A DNA stretch of 64,000 nucleotides from Macrostomum lignano (GCA_002269645.1 NIVC01000337.1:372001-436000), one strand, 5' to 3'. Positions 46,991 to 60,510 are shown, counted from the first letter of the stretch. A program made the numbers and translations. Notes: generated by a model not told the origin, from the letters alone.

Positions 46991-47297
46991 ATGTCACTGA
47001 GCCCCTCTCAGCAGCAGCAGCAGCAGCAGCCAGCCAGCAGCTTTCGAGTCACTGATTTGCTCAACCAGCAGTCCGAGGAGGTTCCAGAACAGCAGCAGGG
47101 TCTGTACTACTCAGCCATGAACCCGTACGCGCCCAGCCCCTACATGCCGCAGGGCCCCCACCCGGGTGCGGCCTCCTTCACCTCGCAGTACTGCGCCGGC
47201 CCCGACCTCAGCCCGTACGCCGACCCCAGGCACACGGCGGCCGCAGCCAGCTGGTACGGAGCGACCTCGCCGACTGCCGACCCGCGCTTTGCCACCA
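46991..47297 (+). CDS. NKX2-1: NK2.1-class homeobox transcription factor, exon 1 (TN/eh1 domain and Tyr-rich conserved motif)
   Basis: SFRVTDLL (TN/eh1-like); QYC..DLSPY.D...SWYGA...DPRFAT as in Nkx2.1/2.4; donor A|GTGAGT at 47298 (phase 1). Confidence 0.9.
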
Positions 47298-47371
47298 GTG
47301 AGTGACAGTCATCGCTTTCATAAATAATAATGCATTCTGTTTTGGGTGGGAACTTTTGCACTGAGTGGGGC

Positions 47372-48648
47372 TGTCTACCCTCTACATATCCTCTCTTATC
47401 TCCGCTGTCTACCCCTACATATCCTCTCTTATCTCCTCTGTCTACCCTCTACATATCCTCTCTTATCTCCGCTGTCTACCCTCTACATATCCTCTCTTAT
47501 CTCCTATGTATAACCTCTACATATTCTCTCTTATATCCTATGTATAACCTCTACATATCCTCTCTTCTCCTCTGTCTACCCTCTACATATCCTCTCTTCT
47601 CCTCTGTCTACCCTCTACATATCCTCTCTTATCTCCTCTGTCTACCCTCTACATATCCTCTCTTCTCCTCTGTCTACCCTCTACATATCCTCTCTTATCT
47701 CCTCTGTCTACCCTCTACATATCCTCTCTTATCTCCGCTGTCTACCCTCTACATATCCTCTCTTATCTCCACTGTCTACCCTCTACATATCCTCTCTTAT
47801 CTCCGCTGTCTACCCTCTACATATCCTCTCTTATCTCCTCTGTCTACCCTCTACATACCCTCTCTTATATTTTCTGTCTACCCTCTACATATCCTCTCTT
47901 ATCTCCTCTGTCTACCCTCTACATATCCTCTCTTATCTCCGCTGTCTACCCTCTACATATCCTCTCTTATCTCCTCTGTCTACCCTCTACATATCCTCTC
48001 TTATCTCCGCTGTCTACCCTCTACATATCCTCTCTTATCTCCACTGTCTACCCTCTACATATCCTCTCTTATATTTTCTGTCTACCCTCTACATATCCTC
48101 TCTTATCTCCACTGTCTACCCTCTACATATCCTCTCTTATCTCCACTGTCTACCCTCTACATATCCTCTCTTATCTCCGCTGTCTACCCTCTACATATCC
48201 TCTCTTATATTTTCTGTCTACCCTCTACATATCCTCTCTTATCTCCTCTGTCTACCCTCTACATATCCTCTCTTATCTCCGCTGTCTACCCTCTACATAT
48301 CCTCTCTTATCTCCTCTGTCTACCCTCTACATATCCTCTCTTATCTCCGCTGTCTACCCTCTACATATCCTCTCTTATCTCCACTGTCTACCCTCTACAT
48401 ATCCTCTCTTATCTCCGCTGTCTACCCTCTACATATCCTCTCTTATCTCCGCTGTCTACCCTCTACATATCCTCTCTTATATTTTCTGTCTACCCTCTAC
48501 ATATCCTCTCTTATCTCCGCTGTCTACCCTCTACATATCCTCTCTTATCTCCACTGTCTACCCTCTACATATCCTCTCTTATCTCCGCTGTCTACCCTCT
48601 ACATATCCTCTCTTATCTCCGCTGTCTACCCTCTACATATCCTCTCTC
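47372..48648. repeat. 34-bp intronic minisatellite (TGTCTACCCTCTACATATCCTCTCTTATCTCCGC) x ~37
   Basis: Explains the 457-aa ORF 47330..48703. Confidence 0.97.
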
Positions 48649-50592
48649 ATCTCTGGTATGCTTTGAAGCTACTCAAACTCAACAGTTAACTGTAACAGGG
48701 TAAATTTAGAATCATAATCTGTTTCAAAAATATTTTTAAAAAACAGATTCACCACATGAGGACTGGCAGCCACATCCACTGACGGATAGTCAGACAGACA
48801 CAATTCCCTAATATTCTCTATTCTTAGAATACAATTTTGGTGACATTGTGCAGCCCTGCATGGCCCAACATTCGGTTTCCATTGTGTCCGCAACGGGGAA
48901 AAATTCCCCAAACTCCAGTTCAACTGCAGGGGAGAATGAAGGGGAGCAGGAAAAAAACATATTGGCCGTTACATTCCGGCAATTTGAAACTGGGGGACGG
49001 CGGTTGTTCGCAACTCAAATTGCAATGTTCTCTCTAACAATCCCTCAGATCCACTTGAGACTTGACACAGCCTATGATGCTGGCTTACCGCAGTTGCTGG
49101 GGGCCCGCGCTCCATCTCGTCTCCCTTGCTCAGCTCTGCCAGCTCCTCCCTTTTCCCTTGTATTCTCATATTTTGTTAAACTCAATATTGCTCGAACTCC
49201 GAGCACCATGGAGGGCGATATAGGGGGGAGTTGTGAGATAAGAACTGCTCCGGTCACACCGGGTGAAACGCATTGGTGCCCAGAATAATGACATGTCATT
49301 TTTCATAATTCAGCTTTGCCAATGTATAGAAATGGTACAGGATATGGAGATTCGACAATGGAGATTTGCAGTGGGAGGAGCGAGTGCAGGACTGTTATTT
49401 CTGTGCCCTCTCTGGCGGCTTTTCTGTTCCCGAAGAAAAAACATATTTCGCCTGCGGCGATTTCCCACACAGCGCAAAGATAACGAGGGAATAATAGAAG
49501 AGAGGATTTGGTTGGTCGCACCGCGCAGGCGCTCCGCCCACCGCGCGCCAGTTCGCAACTGCGGCGGGCGCTTAAATCAACAATTGTTAAACTTAACGAA
49601 AGCCGTTAAAAGCTTTTGAAAGAAAAAAATCAACTTTACAGAATGGCTTCGAACTCGCACCAGCGAGCTCGGGTTTCGGGTTTCAGGGCCGCCAGTCCCG
49701 GGTCCCGCATGTTTGCTCGGCCTGGACTGGCATAGTCTATGGCCCGGAGAGTCACCAAGAGGGTGACGCAACGGGGGGGGCACCTCGAGGCGGCGACATG
49801 CAGAATCCCGGGCGCCATCAGCTCTGAAGCCTCTTATAGAAGCCTTGAGGCGCAAGCAGCAGATTTACTCAGATCATTAGGGACCCCTCGGGCCGGCGCA
49901 TACGGTTTAACCCCCCCCCCCCTGCTTAATTGGAATCGAATCTCTTTCTGGGTCGGTCAGCAATTAAGTGCATGAGGAAGAGGCTGGCGGCCCCATCTCA
50001 CCCCCCTTGCTCAAGCTCAGCTCAAACACCTGGGGGATGCGGGCCCATCCTGCTCCAATCTAATTTAAGTCTATATTAACTGCTCCGTGGATTTCAGTGA
50101 TTGCGAAACCGCGCGGGGGGAAGGGATTTGACGCGTTCTCAAGTGGGGATTTTTGCTTTTTACGAATCTTCGCCCGAAGGCATCTGCCGAGATCGCCGTG
50201 TTGGGGGAAAAAAGATAAAGAGCGCCGCGAATTAAAAGGGAAAGGAGGGAAAGGTGTCAATTGCACGCGTTGGAGGTTGGACTGACCGCTCAATTGCTTG
50301 ATTGCTGAGCCCCAATGCCGGTATTCAATATCCCATAATAATCGCAAGCCATGATGGGGGGTCTTTTATTTATCGTTTTGGAACTTTTAGCACCTATTTT
50401 AGAGCATAGGATTTTTATGCTAATTGTTTGCAGTCTGTCCGTGCGCTTTTTCATTGCTATTTGTACATATTGGGTCCAGTTCATATGTGGCCAATTTAAA
50501 GCAATTTTTGTCACCTTCCCGCTGAGCTGAGCAAATATTTTTAGGCAGGGGGCCAACATCTTTGAAACCCCCCTCCCCCGATGTCATTGCAG

Positions 50593-50867
50593 TGTCCCGC
50601 CTGATGGGGTCGGCCGGGTCAGCCTCCATGGGCTCGTGCTACAGCTCCATGCCGAGCTCTCTGGGCATGGCTGCCAGCATGGGGCTGGGGGCCTACGACC
50701 AGAAGGCCGCCGGCATGCAGTTCCCCATGTCGCAGCGGCGCAAACGGCGGGTGCTGTTCACCCAGGCGCAGGTGTACGAGCTGGAGAGGCGCTTCAAGCA
50801 GCAGAAGTACCTGTCAGCTCCGGAGCGGGAGCAGCTGGCCCAGATGATCAACCTGACACCAACTCAG
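50593..50867 (+). CDS. NKX2-1: NK2.1 homeobox, exon 2 (homeodomain helices 1-2)
   Basis: Acceptor CATTGCAG at 50592 gives DPRFAT-MSRLMG; [44 protein letters not shown]; donor CAG|GTGAGT at 50868 (phase 0). Confidence 0.96.
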
Positions 50868-50891
50868 GTGAGTGAAGAGAGGCTGGCGATG

Positions 50892-51970
50892 GGCATGTTT
50901 TAGATCTGAGAGTGACGGCATGTTTTAGATCTGAGAGTGACACCATGTTTTAGATCTGAGAGTGACGGCATGTTTTAGATCTGAGAGTGACACCATGTTT
51001 TAGATCTGAGAGTGACGGCATGTTTTAGATCTGAGAGTGACGGCATGTTTTAGATCTGAGAGTGACGGCATGTTATAGATCTGAGAGTGACGGCATGTTA
51101 TAGATTTGAGAGTGACACCATGTTTTAGATCTGAGAGTGACACCATGTTTTAGATCTGAGAGTGACACCATGTTTTAGATCTGAGAGTGACGGCATGTTT
51201 TAGATCTGAGAGTGACGACATGTTTTAGATCTGAGAGTGACGGCATGTTTTAGAGCTGAGAGTGACGGCATGTTTTAGATCTGAGAGTGACGGCATGTTT
51301 TAGATCTGAGAGTGACGGCATGTTTTAGATCTGAGAGTGACGGCATGTTTTAGATCTGAGAGTGACGGCATGTTTTAGATCTGAGAGTGACGGCATGTTT
51401 TAGATCTGAGAGTGACGGCATGTTTTAGATCTCAGAGTGACGGCATGTTTTAGATCTGAGAGTGACACCATGTTTTAGATCTGAGATTGACGGCATGTTT
51501 TAGATCTGAGAGTGACACCATGTTTTAGATCTGAGAGTGACGGCATGTTTTAGATCTGAGAGTGACGGCATGTTTTAGATCTGAGAGTGACACCATGTTT
51601 TAGATCTGAGAGTGACGGCATGTTTTAGATCTGAGAGTGACGGCATGTTTTAGATCTGAGAGTGACGGCATGTTTTAGATCTGAGAGTGACGGCATGTTT
51701 TAGATCTGAGAGTGACGGCATGTTTTAGATCTGAGAGTGACGACATGTTTTAGATCTGAGAGTGACGGCATGTTTTAGATCTGAGAGTGACGACATGTTA
51801 TAGATCTGAGAGTGACGGCATGTTTTAGATCTGTGAGTGACGGCATGTTTTAGATCTGAGAGCGACGGCATGTTTTAGATCTGAGAGTGACGACATGTTT
51901 TAGATCTGAGAGCGACGGCATGTTTTAGATCTGAGAGTGACGACATGTTTTAGATCTGAGAGTGACACCA
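50892..51970. repeat. 25-bp intronic minisatellite (TAGATCTGAGAGTGACGGCATGTTT) x ~43
   Basis: Begins about 24 nt after the NK2.1 intron 2 donor. Confidence 0.97.
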
Positions 51971-53769
51971 TTTCTTAGGCCTAATATTATGGCGGCACTG
52001 TTTAGATCCGGGATTTCGATGTCGAAGGGTTAACACCACCTATTTTTCACTAGTTCACACAGTACCCCGGTATAAATGTAAAAGCAAAAAAATCCCCAAA
52101 GATGACAAAAATATTTATTTATCCCAAAGGCAGCTCAAAGCTATTCAAGGCTCCCCAGCTCACACAGCCTGTTGAGCAGGAGACACTCCTGAACTCAGGC
52201 AGGCGGGGAGAAGATGCAGCTTGAGTGACGCAGGGGTTTCAATAGAAAGTTGAGGCATTTGTTGCCAGCCACCACTGCAGTTGATGGAGAGAGTCGGTAG
52301 GCGGGCAGAACAGTGTGAAAGTGAAATTGAGAACTGCAGGCAATTCCGTGGGGAGCCGTGCAGGTTATGCTTTTAAGGAGCTGCATGAAGCATTGTCTCA
52401 AGCACTGCACTGATCAGTCAGTCAGAACTGTGCTCAGCCTCTCTTCACCTGCTGCAGCTTCTCTCTCTCTTCTGCTCACTTCTGACCTCTTCAAAGCCAA
52501 ACTCTTCATATCTGTGCTCGCCTTGTGAGGCTCGGAGTTTCTACCTCAGCAGTGAAAGCTGCTGGCTGAGTTGCGCAAATTCCGACTTTCTCTTCTCTCG
52601 CGCCTGCTTCCGCATGCTTGCAGAAACAAACTGCCAGGAAATATCCCTTGCCCTGTTGTTGCAGTCTCCAGGCAGCTCCGCGGGCTGAGTCCAAAACCAG
52701 CCCCCCCCCTCCGACACTCGGTGAAACTCTGCATGGCTGCTATAGCCCCGTTTTTCATTAATTCTTTCTTTCTTTCTTTCTTTTACCTGTATGGCACATT
52801 GCTTTGTTGCTGTCTGCTACTAGGAGAGATGGGGCGGAGCTGCTAATTAATTAGTCAGCCCCGGTCTGGCGGGAGCAAATGCGCCGCTCTCTGCAAAGTG
52901 GAAAGTGAGAGTATATGATGGGGTGCCACGGACTTCTTCCAGGAGATGTCGGAGGCCGCTCTTGGCACTGCGAGGCGCGGGGCTGAGAGGCCTGCATGCT
53001 GTGAGAGACAAGCGATGGAACAGGGGGGGGGGGTTTAAACTAACAGAAATTCAATTGTGGCTGCCTGGCACGGAGCTGCAGCTATCAATAAGCTGCTACC
53101 CCGCCGCCATGCTAGCACGGAGGCAAGTGGGGCCCGGCAAGGATGGAGGGCCGGAAGAGTTCACAATTTGGAAACAATTCGTCAGGAAGCTGTACAGAGA
53201 GCCTCACAGATGGGTTCTCACTGAATTCCGGAACCCCCCCCCCCCAATTAGCCTGGCCCGTACCGTTACGGTCTCGCGTGAGCCGTCTGCAGGGCAAGCG
53301 GACGGACACCGCTCAGCGGAAGACAATGGCTGGGGATAAGCGAGGCCCGGGCCGATCCAAGTGAAGCATCGGGGAAGCTTCATCAGAGTAGAGCGGAAAC
53401 GGGAGAATCGCCAGCCATTGTTGCTTGGGCCGGCGCTTCCGATCCCATTTTGCTGCCTGCCCCCCCCCCGCCTGGCTCTAATTGCTCTCGAATAAGCCGC
53501 ACAGAACAGCAGCCCTTCTTGTCCGGGATTGGGATTGCTGAAAGAGATCAGATGGAGAGCTGAGGCTGCGGATCCCGCCGTTCTGTTGGTGGATCTTGGA
53601 AGATGCGTCACGCGCCCGCCTCCCCCTCCGTGTCTCTTGCTGTTGATTGACAGCCGTCCGTGCTCCAGGGGCATTGTGAAAGAGTAGGCAGCTCTGAATC
53701 CAGCCAGTGAGTGACTTTGCACCTTCTACGGCCTCAACTCATGCTCCCCCCTTGCCCGCCCGCTCCCAG

Positions 53770-54468
53770 GTGAAAATCTGGTTTCAGAACCATCGCTACA
53801 AGTGCAAGCGCGCCTCCAAGGACAAGAGCGGCGGCGGCGGCGGCGGCGGCGGCGACACCAGCAGCCTGAACACGTCCAAGGACTCGAACTCCAGCTCGGG
53901 CGGCCACAACCACCGCTCGCCCAAGGCCGGCGGGCCGCACGTGAAAAGTGAAAAATCCGGCGGCGGACATCCGCAGCACCAGCTGCACCATCAGCACCAG
54001 CTGCAGCACCATCCCGGCTCTGCTTCGTCTATCGACCGGGCCGCGGCCGCTGCCGCTGCTGCAGCGGCTGCCGCGGCAGCTGCCGCCGCCTCAGGAGACC
54101 TCGCCGGCGGAGGAGCTGGAGGCGTCAGCGGCGCCGGCAGCGGCGGAGCCGGGCAGCTGGGCCTGGAGCACCATCACCTGCACCACCACCTGCACCACAA
54201 GCAGACGGGCGACGGCAAGCTGTCGGAGAACAGCGGCCTGTCCACCCCGCCGGAGTTCACAGCCACAACGTCGCCGCACTTCGGCCACCACCTGCAGCAG
54301 CAGCAGCAGTTGGCTCAGCAGCAGCAGCAGCAGCACCCCCACGCGCAGCAGCTGATGCAGCAGCACCAGATGCATCACCCGATGCACCACCCTGGAGCCG
54401 CGGCCGCCGCAGCCGCCGGCGCCGCCGCTTTCCCAATGCTCGGCGCCTCCAGGCAGGGCGTCTGGTAG
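53770..54468 (+). CDS. NKX2-1: NK2.1 homeobox, exon 3 (helix 3, low-complexity C-terminus); full protein 426 aa
   Basis: Acceptor CTCCCAG at 53769; VKIWFQNHRYKCKR with the NK2-diagnostic Tyr54; poly-Gly/Ala/His/Gln tracts; ends GVW*. Confidence 0.95.
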   Translation: MKIWFQNHRYKCKRASKDKSGGGGGGGGDTSSLNTSKDSNSSSGGHNHRSPKAGGPHVKSEKSGGGHPQHQLHHQHQLQHHPGSASSIDRAAAAAAAAAAAAAAAAASGDLAGGGAGGVSGAGSGGAGQLGLEHHHLHHHLHHKQTGDGKLSENSGLSTPPEFTATTSPHFGHHLQQQQQLAQQQQQQHPHAQQLMQQHQMHHPMHHPGAAAAAAAGAAAFPMLGASRQGVW

Positions 54469-57400
54469 GCGCCTGGTGCACCACGAAGGCTGCCGGCCGG
54501 CGCATCCAGCCGGGAGATTCCAATGCAAACCCCAATCAGCTCTCTTTCTGACTGAGCCGAACTCAACCGTTCTGTGCCCCCCGCACAGAGCCCCCTCTCT
54601 TGTTCTGTCATCGGCCTCCCAAACCTATATAAGCTTCATCAGTAGTTTTTATTTGATTTGCTTCATTTGTCTGTCCGATTTCTGTAAAACTGGACACTGC
54701 AGTTGCACCCAATGCCCCCCTACCTACGCGTCTCAATGCACACCTGCGGCCGGAGATCTACCTGTCCATGCTTATGCCTGTAAGTGTACATACCGCGGGC
54801 AGCGTCTGTCGTACGTAGATTATAAACACAACTATATATGCTAATCGAGCACCTGCAACGCCCAATGCACATCTGTTTGAATTCAACCCCCGCCTGTTGC
54901 AGAAGAGAAATCCCCCAGAACGAAAATACCCCCTGTACCGCTTCTTGCTTGGAAAACTTTATCCTTAATTGTTGCTATTGCTATTATGCTAAAAACCTGT
55001 TTCATTCTCCGTGTCTGTCCGTTGCCCTTCGCTGCGTGTTCTTGGAATATCCTGTCTAAATTATACCAACTCGAACTAATACAAATCCTATCAATTCAAA
55101 ATGCTTCAATGCCATCGTGGAAGTGTGCAAGTCTCCATCAAGTATGCGTTTGTTTCTGCTTTTTTTTAAATATGAAAAATTGAAGCAGATATAAAAGCAG
55201 CAAAACGGGTATATTTAGGCGAATTCAATTTGACATCTCAGACAGCACAATACAAATTGAGATTAAGATAGTAAGCAGGCAGTTTGCTGAGTATAAAATG
55301 AATGCGGCACAGCCCCCAATGCCCCTACTGCTGCTTGCTTCTCTCAAGCTCTTCTTATCCATACTGAGCCAGTCTCAGACCTTTGCCGCCTTCGCGCACT
55401 CAACCCGACCTGCTCAGCAGCTCCCAGCGGGAGGTCCCTCTTATGCTCGATTGTCTCTGGCTCGAGAGTTCACCGCAGTTCACCAGGAGTGCCGCCCCCC
55501 TCCAGTTAGAGTCCCTATCTCAACAGCGAGCCCTGGCATGCTGGTATGGCAACCGCTGTTGTGCGCGGCGAGATGCTTTTCAGATACAGAGAGGGGGAGC
55601 GCGCAGAGGCTCTGGCTGGGGCTGCCTGCTCAACAATAACTAAGCATTGAGTTTGAGGCTTTGAGCAGCTCGGCCAGGGCCGGGGCCGAGCATCGAGTGA
55701 CGTCACAGCAGGGGGAGAGGAGGAGCAGGGGCGGGAGAGAGGCAGGAGGGCACGCGCACCCATCTCAAGCTGTTTCGTCTCTCCCCCTTTTCGTGGCACC
55801 CAAACTGTGTTTCGTGCTGCTTCTACACCTGGTGGGAGGCGTGGGGATTCTTCCCGCAAAATTGCTCCGCTGGCCATACGGCGAGGGGCCATACGGTGCC
55901 CCCACGATTTTCTTATCCTAAGAACTCAGTTTTGCTTGCAAGAAAATCGCTTTGCTGCACGAGAGCCGTTCTGACTGCTGGGAATCGCGGGAGGCGAAAA
56001 GCTAGAAGCTCATCCTGTTCCGCTCAACAGGGAGACCAGATCGAACAAAGAAAAGCTATCCCTGCTATGAGGAGAAGGGAGCAATGAGGACACAGACCTG
56101 CTCAACAGAAGTCAAGTGGCACACAGCTCAGGTAAACTCAGGAAGCGGGGAGTTCGCATCCCGCACCTGTCGAATGGGTGAAAAAAAGTTCAGTTCAGGC
56201 GAACTTCAGCAGCGCTGGCATCCGAGAGCCGCTTCGATCCGGCCGGGCAAAAAAAGTGGAAAAATTCGGCCAAAAGCAGAAGCGTCCAACAATTCCTTGG
56301 CAGCCCCCCCCAACCTGCCCATGCAGCTCTCCAGAGCCGCGTCTGCTTCCTGTGCGGGCTGCAAAACCCCGTGTGGAAATTTTGCCACCAGCAGCGCCTG
56401 CTTGAAGTGGCCGAGAGCCGTCAGTGTGTCTGGGAGCAAGCACCAGCTCTAGCTGGGCATGAGTTGGGGGGGATATTTTTGGACAGACACGGCAGGGGAG
56501 GAGCGACCCAAATGCGGAGATCCTCCATGTGCAGTTTTTGCACCTGAGATCAGCTTGAGTCACTGCAGCCGCTGCAGGCCAAGCGGCAGTGCACTTGGGT
56601 GGCGGGGGTGCGAGCTCAGGCCCTTAGCGATTCTTTCTGAAGAGATCCCTGCCTGCGCGGCCTGATGCACCTCGCTCCCCCTGCGCGGCCCGCTAGACCT
56701 AAACGCTTCCTTCCGGCAATCCCGCAGCAGCAGCAGCAGCAGCAGCAGATACAGCCAGCTCACAGAGAGTTGCCTGGAAAAAACCGGGGCTTCCTCCGTG
56801 CAGCAACACAGACGGGCTGTTAAAACGCAGCCGTATAATGGGGGGGGGCAGAGCGCAGAAAGGAAGGATAAGAAATTTCTTAACACCTTTTTTCTCTGGC
56901 TAAGCCAAGGACTTGGAGATCCACAACGGGAAAGGAGGCGGGCTGGAGAAGTTCAGAGCGGGGTGAATGGAGGGGACCTGAACTCTCCCAGCGACCGGGG
57001 CACTGCGCGCTGTCGGTTGCCTCGCGCGCAAATCTGGCTTGTAGAAAAAGTCTTGGTAGGGGAGAATTCTCCCACGCCAAACTGGCATCCCAGCTTGCTG
57101 GAAAACTGCAGGCATGGGGAGACGAGCTCGCAGAGCGGAGAGGACGTCACGAGGATAATTTGAGGAAAATCGCATGCATCCCCACTGCACAATAGGGGGG
57201 GGAGAATGACAGAGAGATGATGAGGCAGTTTGGGAGGCTGGGTGTGAGGGCTGTCAGTGATACAACTTTCACAACACATTCCAGTCGGCCCCCACAGCGC
57301 CCGCCTTGCGTGCCCGCCCGGGCCGCGCTGGCGCCACAGAATCTGGGGGCGATTACGTGAAATTTTTAGATTGGGAAGAGAGACGCGGATTTGGGTGTGG

Positions 57401-57824
57401 GAGCTGTAATCGCAGGGGGGACGCTTGGAACGGAAGGGAGGCCGCAGTGATTGACAGGTTAGAAATGAGTGAGGAGTGGGGGAGAGGGCAGGGGAATGGA
57501 TGGAATTCCCCCGCTGAGCAGGTTCTCACCTTCTCAATCTTATTTGGCGCATAACTATCTGAGGCTGAAACCGACTCGCTGAATAAGTCATGAGCTGTGA
57601 TTGAGCTGAGCTGGAGTATGGGCCTCGGGTCTCAAACAAAACCGCCCCGTGAATTCCAAATCTAAAGCGTTTCTTAGAAACACCAGAGAGTTCCAGTTTT
57701 TGCAGTAGGGTCTCGAAATTCAAAAGCACCGAGCTTCAACGATCCGGGCTTGCGGAGTGCGTCTGGCAGTTCCGGCTCTGAAATGTGGGGGGCATTGCGG
57801 TTTGAAAGGTTTTCAGTAAGTGCA

Positions 57825-59510
57825 TGAGTTAGTTTATGAGTTTATGAGTTTATGAGTGAGTTTATGAGTGAGTTTATGAGTGAGTTCATGAGTTGATGAG
57901 TGAGTTTATGAGTGAGTTTATGAGTTTATGAGTGAGTTTATGAGTGAGTTCATGAGTTTATGAGTGAGTTTATGAGTTTATGAGTGAGTTTATGAGTGAG
58001 TTCATGAGTTTATGAGTTTATGAGTGAGTTCATGAGTTTATGAGTTTATAAGTGAGTTCATGAGTTTATGAGTTTATGAGTGAGTTCATGAGTTTATGAG
58101 TGAGTTCATGAGTGAGTTCATGAGTTTATGAGTGAGTTTATGAGTTTATGAGTGAGTTTATGAGTGAGTTCATGAGTTTATGAGTTTATGAGTGAGTTCA
58201 TGAGTTTATGAGTTTATGAGTGAGTTCATGAGTTTATGAGTTTATAAGTGAGTTCATGAGTTTATGAGTTCATGAGTGAGTTCATGAGTTTATGAGTGAG
58301 TTCATGAGTGAGTTCATGAGTTTATGAGTGAGTTTATGAGTGAGTTTATGAGTTTATGAGTTTATGAGTGAGTTTATGAGTGAGTTTATGAGTGAGTTCA
58401 TGAGTTGATGAGTGAGTTTATGAGTGAGTTTATGAGTTTATGAGTGAGTTTATGAGTGAGTTCATGAGTTTATGAGTGAGTTTATGAGTGAGTTCATGAG
58501 TTTATGAGTTTATGAGTGAGTTCATGAGTTTATGAGTTTATAAGTGAGTTCATGAGTTTATGAGTTTATGAGTGAGTTCATGAGTTTATGAGTGAGTTCA
58601 TGAGTGAGTTCATGAGTTTATGAGTGAGTTTATGAGTTTATGAGTGAGTTTATGAGTGAGTTCATGAGTTTATAAGTTTATGAGTGAGTTCATGAGTTTA
58701 TGAGTTTATGAGTGAGTTCATGAGTTTATGAGTTTATAAGTGAGTTCATGAGTTTATGAGTTCATGAGTGAGTTCATGAGTTTATGAGTGAGTTCATGAG
58801 TGAGTTCATGAGTTTATGAGTGAGTTTATGAGTGAGTTTATGAGTTTATGAGTGAGTTCATGAGTTCATGAGTTTATGAGTGAGTTTATGAGTGAGTTCA
58901 TGAGTTTATGAGTGAGTTCATGAGTTCATGAGTTTGTGAGTGAGTTTATGAGTGAGTTCATGAGTTCATGAGTTTGTGAGTGAGTTTATGAGTGAGTTCA
59001 TGAGTTCATGAGTTTGTGAGTGAGTTTATGAGTGAGTTCATGAGTGAGTTCATGAGTTCATGAGTTTATGAGTGAGTTTATGAGTGAGTTCATGAGTTCA
59101 TGAGTTTATGAGTGAGTTTATGAGTGAGTTCATGAGTTCATGAGTTTATGAGTGAGTTTATGAGTGAGTTCATGAGTTTATAAGTGAGTTCATGAGTTCA
59201 TGAGTGAGTTCATGAGTTTATGAGTGAGTTCATGAGTTCATGAGTTTGTGAGTGAGTTTATGAGTGAGTTCATGAGTTCATGAGTTCATAAGTTCATGAG
59301 TTTATGAGTTTATGAGTTATTGAGTTTATGAGTTAATGAGTTTATGAGTTATTGAGTTCATGAGTTTATGAGTTTATGAGTTCATTAGTTCATGAGTTCA
59401 TGAGGTTGTGAGTGAGTTCATGAGTTCATAAGTGAGTTCATGAGTGAGTTTATGAGTTCATGAGTGAGTTCATGAGTTCATGAGTGAGTTCATGAGTGAG
59501 TTCATGAGTT
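57825..59510. repeat. Simple satellite of 8/12-bp units (ATGAGTTT, ATGAGTGAGTT(T/C)), 1.7 kb
   Basis: Direct; no ORFs in the track here. Confidence 0.97.
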
Positions 59511-60417
59511 AGTTCAAAGAAGGAGTCTCATGAACTTTTAGCTCGCCGAACGCCAGTGCTTCGGCGAATCGCCCATTTCTCCCGGACGCACGGCAGGCAG
59601 ATTCCGTGCGGCAGTTCTCTCCAATCAGGGGTCCCCTTTCGAATCGCCTCTTGCCTTAGGCTTAATCTGCAACTCTTCCCAAAATTTCTTCGAAATTTCA
59701 TCCCATTCAATGCACAAACTGATCCCACCAAGTAGCCATGGATACCCAAGTCTCACCTGCAGCTGTAGTCCATGGTCTCGCATGGAAGCCTCGGCGCAGT
59801 GCCTGCCAGTCTGGCCACCACGGCCCGGCAGCCAAAGCAGAGCTCCGTTGGGCCGGTGGGTCGCCTTCAACGCCCCGTTTCACACACTTTATATAACGGC
59901 GACAAGAGAGGGGAGGGAGAAGAATGGGAATTAGAAGGGCCCCTTTGCCCCCCCTCTCGGAGGCCCGAGGACCTCCTTCTCCTCTTCTGGCGTGTCCTCT
60001 CGGCCTCCAGTTGCTGCGTCGGCCTCTCCTCAGCCACAATGTGAAGAGCTTGTAAAGTGCACTTTCCAGGTCTTATCCGTAATACTCTATGGGGATCTTG
60101 ATTCGGAACCCCGCCAGCTCCTCCAATCGCCCCCCCCCTCGACTGGCTGAGGGCTTGTTGGCCGGGGTCTTCGCCCCGCTGAGCTGCTCCTGAGAAGCGG
60201 CGCAGCTGAGCTGGGGGGGGGGGGGGGGAGGCACCACTTCATCTTGCCCGCCTTGGCAGCGGAGCCTCAAGTGGCTTGGGACAAATGTTTGATTTTTGCG
60301 TGGAGGCTTCCCAGCTACCACCCCCCCCCGACAGGGCGCCTTCATCCCCTCCAAATCCTTAAGCCGTGCGCGTCCCAATCTCTTAATAATCCGCCTCGCC
60401 GTTTCCCACCCGTGCGT

Positions 60418-60434
60418 CTCTCTCTCTCTCCCTC

Positions 60435-60510
<76 letters not shown>
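60418..60510. repeat. (TC)n microsatellite
   Basis: Direct. Confidence 0.95.

Noticed and set aside
53707-53769. N-terminal part of the 253-aa ORF (MSDFAPST...)
   Set aside because: Intronic polypyrimidine/acceptor region; the homeodomain is completed only by splicing at 53770.
33338-60273. NK2 autoregulatory sites T(C/T)AAGTG (33338, 38246, 40960, 42030, 49052, 49964, 50139, 56112, 60267)
   Set aside because: Nine sites in ~20 kb of unique DNA against roughly five expected by chance is not a convincing enrichment without conservation data.
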